In this document: positions 1 to 6,799 of the stretch, one piece after another
How the letters are laid out: each line of letters begins with the position of its first letter
Numbering within the stretch: the first letter of the stretch is position 1
From: a virus
Virus record (IMG/VR): IMGVR_UViG_3300028028_000001
Coordinates: 32,739 to 96,738 of that record
DNA length: 64,000 bases
Strand: one strand, 5' to 3'
Program-made: the position numbers and the translations under genes
The notes under the pieces: model-generated
Databases searched by the model: none
What the model was told of the DNA's origin: nothing
The model's input: only the letters and a program-made list of their open reading frames with translations

Positions 1-45
1 GAAGGGCACCGCTTCCTTTCGCGGGTCCATGCGGGCGGTGGGCAA

Positions 46-576
46 ATGGCCATCACCCAGGGCCATGCGGACGAGCCGCACGTCAAGAGGCTCCTTCGAG
101 AAAAGTTGATTCAACTCAAGAGGAACCCGGGTCACCACTGGAACGAGTACACGGCGCACCTCACGAAGGAGGGCACGAAGTACCATGAGGCCTATCGAGC
201 CGCGCACGAGCAGACAGGAAAGCAGGAGAGCCTGTTCAAGGGCGTGGTCTGCATCTACATGATCCGCAGTGACACGATGAGGAAAAGCATCCTTGAGAAG
301 GCGGTTATCCCGGCGCTCGACATGGTTCCGGAGGACTTGGAGGAAGACGCTACCCCGAACACCTGGACCGAGAACGGGTATACCGTCTCATGGCGACGGG
401 GCAAGCGCGGGCATGGGTCGGTTACCTTCGAAGGGAACGGGCTGGCTATGCCGTTCGTGATGACCGCTGCGGGCAAGAAGCACGCTCGGATCGTCGCAAG
501 GGACGCGTCGGCGCTGTTGGCGAAGGGCAAGATCCCGCTTCTTGACGGGGTATTCAGGATGCGGAGAAAGACATGA
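46..576 (+). CDS. hypothetical protein; carries QESLF pentapeptide (nt 223-237)
   Basis: 176-aa ATG ORF; stop overlaps next start (ATGA 573-576); no family recognised. Confidence 0.5.
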   Translation: MAITQGHADEPHVKRLLREKLIQLKRNPGHHWNEYTAHLTKEGTKYHEAYRAAHEQTGKQESLFKGVVCIYMIRSDTMRKSILEKAVIPALDMVPEDLEEDATPNTWTENGYTVSWRRGKRGHGSVTFEGNGLAMPFVMTAAGKKHARIVARDASALLAKGKIPLLDGVFRMRRKT

Positions 577-2384
577 ACCAGATCGCGAATCAGCCGGGCG
601 TTCATCTTGACCATTTGAAGCATAGGTGGGTTCGAGATGAGGACGTGAAACCAGGCACGCGGTTTTATGTGCCTCACCATGAGGAATTGGACGTTCGGTC
701 TGTCAAAGACGGGAAGGCAGAGGTGGGTTTGGTTGGCCACCCCATCACTGTGGACGTGCCTGAAAAGTCGGTGAAGTACTTTCATGCAGACATGCATGGG
801 CAGTTGAACCACAAGCCCGATAGTGGCAACGAGCATGTTGACGCCGTAATTAGAGGGGAGGGTGAACACCTCGGCAAGGGCAACGACGGGATCGTTTATC
901 GCCACGGGGAGAAAGTGGTCAAGGTCTCAACGACCGTCCCTTACCAGCCCTTCAACCGTGGGCAGCACAGGACTCCAGAGGAAGCCCTACGGCATCTTCA
1001 AAAGGAGCACGAGGCCCATACGGCACTCCAGGGGATTCCTGGCGTGCCCGAAGTGGATGGGCAAGAGCATGAGGGGCGATACTGGATGGTTAAGCCGCAT
1101 CTTTCGCCTACTGGCGTGGTCGATGAAAAAGAAGCACATCAGGTGCGCGATTCCGTCCGGGCCATGCACGCGAAGGGATGGGTTCTGGGCGATACCGTGC
1201 AGGTTGGCCGAGACAAGTCGGGCGGCATCCAGTTCATGGACCTCGGGTCTGCTCACAAGTCGGATAGCGACTACCAAAGAGAGCACGACGAAGAAAGGTT
1301 GGCCTCGTTCTTCCATCTTCATCGGTTGAAGTACACGGATCCCCCTGCTGAAGTACAGAAAAAGGAGCGGGTAGCACGCACTCTCCTGGACATGGCCATC
1401 AAACACCAGGATCCGGAAAAGGTCAGGGCGCATCGTATTGAGTGGAAACGACTGGCGAGCGAACACAGGATGAACCTCGTCAGAAAAGACGACTTCGACG
1501 GGATGATGGCGTTTGCGGACATTACCGATGCGATGGAGAAACGGCTTGAAAAGGCCATCTTCCTCAACGGCCAAAAGCGCAACCCCAAGGACTTCGACGA
1601 AGCCGCCCTATCTCAAGGCATCCGCGTGGAGATGGAGCACACCGACGATCCGAAGATCGCGATAGAGATCGCGATGGATCACCTTGCCGAGCGTCCGGAC
1701 TACTACGATCGGCTGGAAGAGATGGAAGCGAAGCCGATTCAAAAAGCCATCCTCTCCGGGATCCGCTTTATGTACCTACTACGCAAGTCTCAGCTCAACC
1801 TCTTCGACTGGCACGGCGAACCCGTCCAGCACGAGCACCGCGAGCCGATCCCCACCAGGCCACGCATGGGACCGGGCCCCCTGTTCGCCGAAGAGCGAGC
1901 GTCGGCGCCCGTGCATGCCCCGCTGCCCCCTATGCCTCCTCCGACCTCGCACACCTTCACCTCCAATATTCACGTCAAGAGCCACCTTCGGCGCCTGCCG
2001 TCGGGTGAAGTGGTGGAGGTAGCCGCGCACGAGAGAACAGCCGATCGGGTAACCCACGACGATCCGAAGCCCCGGCAGACGAAGATCACAGAGTACGCCG
2101 ACAAGCCGGCGCTCTTGAAGCCGCCTTCCATGGCACCGCAGCCCCGAGAGATGCCGAAGCCCTTCACGGAAGAGCAGTTAAAAGCGATTGGAGAGGCACG
2201 GGTGCGCCAAGAGGCGGCCGGCGGAACTCCGGGACAAGGAAGGCCCTGGGTACGATGGCCCAGCCAACCAGCGCCTCTCTGCTGCGAAAGCGGGGAGACT
2301 TGGGCCCGCGCACCGGGCAGCGGCAAAGAGCGCCCCGTGGACCTCGCAGGGCGTCCTGCTCCGATGGCAGCAACTGGCGATTGA
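573..2384 (+). CDS. large virion-module protein with protein-kinase-like domain, EHT..DHL..PDYY (DUF5661-like) segment, QLNLF motif and His/Arg module
   Basis: G-loop GKGNDGIV, VVKV lysine, HAKGWVLGD and FMDLG (DxG) at aa ~101-225; MEHTDDPKIAIEIAMDHLAERPDYY at aa 354-378; last 197 nt overlap next ORF in the +1 frame. Confidence 0.6.
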   Translation: MNQIANQPGVHLDHLKHRWVRDEDVKPGTRFYVPHHEELDVRSVKDGKAEVGLVGHPITVDVPEKSVKYFHADMHGQLNHKPDSGNEHVDAVIRGEGEHLGKGNDGIVYRHGEKVVKVSTTVPYQPFNRGQHRTPEEALRHLQKEHEAHTALQGIPGVPEVDGQEHEGRYWMVKPHLSPTGVVDEKEAHQVRDSVRAMHAKGWVLGDTVQVGRDKSGGIQFMDLGSAHKSDSDYQREHDEERLASFFHLHRLKYTDPPAEVQKKERVARTLLDMAIKHQDPEKVRAHRIEWKRLASEHRMNLVRKDDFDGMMAFADITDAMEKRLEKAIFLNGQKRNPKDFDEAALSQGIRVEMEHTDDPKIAIEIAMDHLAERPDYYDRLEEMEAKPIQKAILSGIRFMYLLRKSQLNLFDWHGEPVQHEHREPIPTRPRMGPGPLFAEERASAPVHAPLPPMPPPTSHTFTSNIHVKSHLRRLPSGEVVEVAAHERTADRVTHDDPKPRQTKITEYADKPALLKPPSMAPQPREMPKPFTEEQLKAIGEARVRQEAAGGTPGQGRPWVRWPSQPAPLCCESGETWARAPGSGKERPVDLAGRPAPMAATGD

Positions 2385-3081
2385 CCCTCGCCTGTTGGAT
2401 GATGAGTTCGCCGACGACTTCCCCGGATACAAGAGCCCGAAGCTCCAGGCGGTCATCCAGGCCACGAAGGACCACCTGACGAATCACCCCGAAACCGGCG
2501 CCGTGCTTTTCTGTGAGTACAACGGCGGGATTGAGGCGATGAAGTCGAGCCTGATCGAGGAAGGCTACCGCCCCGAGGACATCGGGGTCTATACGGGCAA
2601 GGTGTCAAGCCAGCGGAAACGGCGCGACCTTCAGAACGACCTGAACAGCGGCAAGATCAAGATCCTCCTTGGCAACACGGCGGCACTTGAGACGGGCGCG
2701 AACCTCCAGAAACGCGCTAACTTTGTCGCTCATCTCAACACGCCATGGGCCCCGGATCGGCTTGTCCAGTCAACCGGGCGAGTCCATCGGCAAGGGCAGG
2801 AACGGAAGGTTACCGTATTTCGCCCGACCGGATCCGAGGTAGAAGAACTCATCGAGCGCGTTGTCTCGCGCAAGCTCCTTCAATCCTCACAGGCGACCGG
2901 CGTAACGATGGCCGCTGACTCTCATGTAGCTGTCTCCATGCGCCGAAAGGGCCGCGAAAAGCTCGACTCCTCCACGATCGCGAAACTGCTGGGAATCGAC
3001 CCGTCGCTGTTGTCGCAGAAGGGCGATGAAGCAGAACGCGAGGCCGCAGAGATCAAGGAAATGAAGAAGAGGAAGAAATGA
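2188..3081 (+). CDS. SNF2/SF2 helicase C-terminal domain ORF, probably the 3' part of 573..2384 after a +1 frame change (stand-alone start would be TTG 2188 or TTG 2395)
   Basis: KILLGNTAALETGANLQ and HLNTPWAPDRLVQSTGRVHRQGQ (helicase motifs V-VI); LRWQQLAIDPRLL linker; hand-counted GC3 about 75 percent in this frame versus about 59 percent in the 573 frame over 2220-2384. Confidence 0.6.
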   Translation: MERHGCAKRRPAELRDKEGPGYDGPANQRLSAAKAGRLGPAHRAAAKSAPWTSQGVLLRWQQLAIDPRLLDDEFADDFPGYKSPKLQAVIQATKDHLTNHPETGAVLFCEYNGGIEAMKSSLIEEGYRPEDIGVYTGKVSSQRKRRDLQNDLNSGKIKILLGNTAALETGANLQKRANFVAHLNTPWAPDRLVQSTGRVHRQGQERKVTVFRPTGSEVEELIERVVSRKLLQSSQATGVTMAADSHVAVSMRRKGREKLDSSTIAKLLGIDPSLLSQKGDEAEREAAEIKEMKKRKK

Positions 3082-4799
3082 ACGACTCCGAAGCCACGAA
3101 TCTCCTGCGCGCCTTGGCCCCCGTCGGTGGGTCTCCTGGTGGGTTCGACCCCAAGAAGCGCCGCGTGCTCGTCATGCGGCTTCATCGGTATCTGGTGGAG
3201 GATGGCGGCTACATCCCAGCGTGGCTCAAGAACGAGGCGGCCGAGATGCGGAAGGGCGTGATCCTTTACGTCGAGTTGCACAAGGCCGCTCAACTTGGGC
3301 TCTTCGGTGGTCAGGGTCGGGAGTTTCGCCCGGAGGTGCCGAAGCCGCATGGTGGTGGTAAGCCTCGTGGGCCGCAGCAGACCGGGATGACCTCGGGCGG
3401 GCTCTTCGGCACGGTCTGGGTCAAGGACCATGATCGGGTGGTGAATGGGCACGTCGAGCACGTTGACGGTCATGAGAGGAAGGTGGTGGGGAATGTCCAC
3501 GCGCCCACGTTGACAGGAAAGGAGGAAGGTGGTAGGGTCGAGAGTGAACCTTCTCCGAAAGAGGAAAGCATGACCCGGCACCCTGACGCTCCGGAAGGAT
3601 TCGAACCGGTTGACATGTCCATTCATGGAGCCCATAAGGCACCATCGAACGAAAAGGGGCAACAGGGCTCTTTCAACTACTGGTATCCGACGCTGGAATC
3701 GGCTCGGGCAGGCCAGAAGCACCATGAAGAGCAGCAACGAGTAAAGGGGGATATGAAGCGGGCGCGGGAACATGAGAAGATCGCTCGCGGATCGGCAAAG
3801 TTCATTGAGGCTGAAACTCAACGAAGAGCAAAACTCGCGGCGGCAGAGATTCGGCGCACCGCTGTTCCTTTTGTTCACCCGAGTATCTATGAATATCGGG
3901 ACTACATCAGAGAGCAGGGTGGTTTCGTGGAAGATGGTGGGTGGAAGGTGCCAGCCGCAGCTCACGCCGCCATTACGGAGCACATCGAGGAGCGGAATCG
4001 GAAATTGGCCATCAAGCGCCAAACGAAGCCATCAGTAACCCCACCGGTTCCGGCCGCACTGAAATACATACCCATACAGCACTCGAACACCTACGACTAT
4101 CGGGAAGACATCAAGAAAGCCGGTGGTCGGTGGGACAATAACCAGCGGGTCTGGATGGTCCCGGAAAACAGGCATGCCGAACTAATCGCCAAGATGACGC
4201 CTGCGCCTGCGCCCCCTCCCGCAGCTCCTTTGCCGACGATCGCACCAGGAGAAAAGGAATACACCAGATTTGAGAATGGATCGCGTCGTATGAAGCCCGC
4301 TCATCCGTTGGCTGTCGGAGACGTGGTGTTTCGAGGGGATGGCGCAAACCGAACTTACCAGACGGTCACGAAAGTAAGGCCTTCGCTCTTCCGTTCCGAA
4401 AACGATCAGGAGGACTTTGGAGAAACCGGAAGAGGTGCAGGTTGGTATCATCCGTATACCGTTCGACCTGCTACTGAGGAGGAATCGGCCAACCTCCGCG
4501 GCAAGCACGCAGAAGCAGACGCAAAGGTCAAGGCTGCGACTGCCGCAAAAATGGCGCTACAGTCAGCCATCCAGACGGCGGAATATCCGAAGAAGGCTGA
4601 ACCATCAGGAGAGAGCATCAAGATTGGTCAAAATGAAACAATTCAGGTTGAGCCAGACCTTCAACACGCGTGGCACATCAAGTATAACGGTCGTGATGGC
4701 GACAACTGGGCCTACAACAACCTGGGCGGCCACTCGATCGCGCATCGGTTCCCAATGACTCCTGAACTATCAGGACACATCGAAGCGCTGAAAGTCTAA
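3078..4799 (+). CDS. large hypothetical protein with QLGLF motif, His/Arg module and two Y-x-Y-R-x-x-I-K-x-x-GG-x-W/F-D (DUF5710-like) repeats
   Basis: ATGA overlap with upstream ORF; repeats SIYEYRDYIREQGGFVEDGGWKVP (3873-3989) and NTYDYREDIKKAGGRWDNNQRVWMVP (4068-4196). Confidence 0.6.
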   Translation: MNDSEATNLLRALAPVGGSPGGFDPKKRRVLVMRLHRYLVEDGGYIPAWLKNEAAEMRKGVILYVELHKAAQLGLFGGQGREFRPEVPKPHGGGKPRGPQQTGMTSGGLFGTVWVKDHDRVVNGHVEHVDGHERKVVGNVHAPTLTGKEEGGRVESEPSPKEESMTRHPDAPEGFEPVDMSIHGAHKAPSNEKGQQGSFNYWYPTLESARAGQKHHEEQQRVKGDMKRAREHEKIARGSAKFIEAETQRRAKLAAAEIRRTAVPFVHPSIYEYRDYIREQGGFVEDGGWKVPAAAHAAITEHIEERNRKLAIKRQTKPSVTPPVPAALKYIPIQHSNTYDYREDIKKAGGRWDNNQRVWMVPENRHAELIAKMTPAPAPPPAAPLPTIAPGEKEYTRFENGSRRMKPAHPLAVGDVVFRGDGANRTYQTVTKVRPSLFRSENDQEDFGETGRGAGWYHPYTVRPATEEESANLRGKHAEADAKVKAATAAKMALQSAIQTAEYPKKAEPSGESIKIGQNETIQVEPDLQHAWHIKYNGRDGDNWAYNNLGGHSIAHRFPMTPELSGHIEALKV

Positions 4800-4801
4800 T
4801 C

Positions 4802-5080
4802 GTGCTGCTTCTTTTCGTTCTCCTCCTCTCCTGCGCCCCAGAACCGCCAGAAGTCTGCAATATGGTCTCCGTGCCCTGGGAGCGCTCGACGCTCAAGGCG
4901 ATCGAGGTTTACCTCGACTACCTGCCCTGTGAGGCCACGATCGGCTGCGAGTCGCTTAACGGGACCGTGACGATTTACGACCTGGAGCCCGTTTGCGGAG
5001 TCGCCTGCCGGGTATACGGATCCTGCCGCCCGGACGAAACGCCGCTGGAACTTCGATACTCCGCGTGCGACTGCTCATAG
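4802..5080 (+). CDS. small Cys-rich lipoprotein candidate
   Basis: GTG start; MLLLFVLLLSC signal with L-S-C lipobox-like end; 9 Cys in 92 aa; 3' end overlaps convergent methylase by 6 nt. Confidence 0.4.
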   Translation: MLLLFVLLLSCAPEPPEVCNMVSVPWERSTLKAIEVYLDYLPCEATIGCESLNGTVTIYDLEPVCGVACRVYGSCRPDETPLELRYSACDCS

Positions 5081-5887
5081 CAGCGTAGTTTGCTCCCGCT
5101 CCTCATCCTGGCCCATTGGCAGACCTATCTGAACGCCAGCGGCCTCGATGCTCTCCAACCTGCGCGCCGCGATGTCGAGATAAGCCGGCTCCGTCTCGAT
5201 CCCGATGTACTGGCGCCCAGAGAGTAATGCAGCCTCTCCGATGGCCCCAGAACCTGCGAAAGGGTCAAGGACCGTGCCGCCATGGGTCACGACGGAAACG
5301 AGCCACGCGCAGACCCTTGGGGGCTTTTCGGTGACGTGCTCGCGGTCCCTTGAAGACGCCTCGGTGACGTAACCGGGCAGGCAGCCGATCCCTGGTCTGT
5401 CGGTCGGCATCGGTCCAAGGGTTCCGACGGCGATGAATTCGCCCGGGTTCCAGAACCAGCCCATCCGAGGCCTTGACGATCCGGGAGGCTTCAACCACGG
5501 GTGGATCCCGCGAAGGATGAACCCGCCCACTTGGAGCGCATCACAGACCGCGCCAACCTGCCGCCAGTCGGAAAAGACGCATGCCGGACTGCCGGGGAGC
5601 ATGACCCGAGTCGCACGGGCCGCAATCTCCCCAAGCCAGATCGTGAAGGATCGCTGGTCTCGGTTGTCGCCTGCGAAGTTCGGAAGGTATTCGGCCTGCG
5701 CGGAATCGGAGCTGAGATACTTCTTGCGGGTGTCTAGCGTTCGATCACCACGGAAGGCACCCCCCGAAGAGTACGGGGGATCCGTGATCAGGGCGTCAAC
5801 GCGGACGCGTTCGCGTTCGAGATCCGCGAGTACGAACAGGGAGTCGCCGTTGTAGAGTTTCCAGGTCTTTCCTTGGGCGTGTAGCAT
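5075..5887 (-). CDS. DNA methyltransferase, beta-class N6-adenine/N4-cytosine type (DPPY)
   Basis: LITDPPYSSGG (motif IV) N-terminal to VLDPFAGSGAIGEAA (motif I), typical PF01555-like order. Confidence 0.85.
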   Translation of the reverse strand: MLHAQGKTWKLYNGDSLFVLADLERERVRVDALITDPPYSSGGAFRGDRTLDTRKKYLSSDSAQAEYLPNFAGDNRDQRSFTIWLGEIAARATRVMLPGSPACVFSDWRQVGAVCDALQVGGFILRGIHPWLKPPGSSRPRMGWFWNPGEFIAVGTLGPMPTDRPGIGCLPGYVTEASSRDREHVTEKPPRVCAWLVSVVTHGGTVLDPFAGSGAIGEAALLSGRQYIGIETEPAYLDIAARRLESIEAAGVQIGLPMGQDEEREQTTLL

Positions 5888-6052
5888 GGTGGAAGTGTAA
5901 CACGTTGCATGGAGAGGTCAAGGTGGCACGGTCTTTGCTACACCTTTCAGTGAAAGGAAAGACCATGGAAACCCTCATCGCGGCGGGATCGGCTCCGGCC
6001 ATCCTCATGTCGAGTTCTTCGTTCCCGTCTACCGAATCCACGCGAGCAAGCC

Positions 6053-6268
6053 ATGACCTGCCCCCGCTGCCACCAGCAATTCACCCCGACAGCAGAGGAG
6101 TCCAAGTGCCCCGACTGCGAGCGGGAGATCCTTCGTCGCAGGTACGAGATCGCCAGGATCCGCCGACATGGCGAGACCTGGCTTCTCGTCTCCCCGCGCC
6201 ATGTTCTCGCGGGTGGGTTCGCCTCGCGCGAGCAGGCCGAGAGGTTCCGTTCCGCCAGGGTGGGGTAG
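6053..6268 (+). CDS. small zinc-ribbon protein
   Basis: CPRC...CPDC pairs in 71 aa; no clear SD. Confidence 0.45.
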   Translation: MTCPRCHQQFTPTAEESKCPDCEREILRRRYEIARIRRHGETWLLVSPRHVLAGGFASREQAERFRSARVG

Positions 6269-6275
6269 ATCCGGA

Positions 6276-6773
6276 ATGGACCTCTTCAACCATCAAGGCG
6301 CCGTCTTCTCGGAGGATCGCGTCTACCGCTATCGGCTCTGGCGGCATCCTCCTGATACCCGGTTCGCCGCGTTCATCGGGCTCAACCCGAGCACCGCTGA
6401 CGAAACCCAGAACGACCCGACCGTGACCCGTTGTATCGGGTTCGCTCGGTCGTGGGGTCTTGCGGGCATGGAGATGTTGAACCTTTACGGGTTTCGCTCG
6501 ACGGATCCCGATCCGATGTTCAAGCACTCTGCTCCTATAGGACCGGGCAACGACGAGGCGATCCTGGCGGTCGCTCGTGAGGCGTCGATCGTGATCGGCT
6601 GCTGGGGCGCGTTTCCTCAAGCCCGCATCCGTGCTATCGAGGTTCATAGGATGCTTTCCTCTGCCGGTATCGTGCTTCATGCTCTGCAATTGACTTCGCA
6701 GGGTTGGCCTCGGCATCCTCTCTACCTCTGCCGAGACCGGGAGCCCTTTCCATGGAGGATCCCTGCGGGGTAA
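6276..6773 (+). CDS. DUF1643 family protein
   Basis: RVYRYRLWR, FIGLNPSTADETQNDPTVTRCIGFA, MLNLYGFRSTDP, GWPRHPLYL; ATG 6276 chosen because upstream part of ORF 6168.. overlaps 6053..6268. Confidence 0.75.
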   Translation: MDLFNHQGAVFSEDRVYRYRLWRHPPDTRFAAFIGLNPSTADETQNDPTVTRCIGFARSWGLAGMEMLNLYGFRSTDPDPMFKHSAPIGPGNDEAILAVAREASIVIGCWGAFPQARIRAIEVHRMLSSAGIVLHALQLTSQGWPRHPLYLCRDREPFPWRIPAG

Positions 6774-6799
6774 AGAGGTAACACCATTCGAGGGTTCCC

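Noticed and set aside
2922-4022. 366-aa minus-strand ORF (and similar ORFs at 11345..12712 and 13775..14770)
   Set aside because: They lie antisense to plus-strand genes that carry recognisable motifs. They have no coupling or SD signals.
5930-5964. Imperfect hairpin in the divergent gap as an operator or riboswitch
   Set aside because: The stems are short (7 and 5 bp) with an internal loop, and there is no repeat of the motif elsewhere. It is mentioned only as context.
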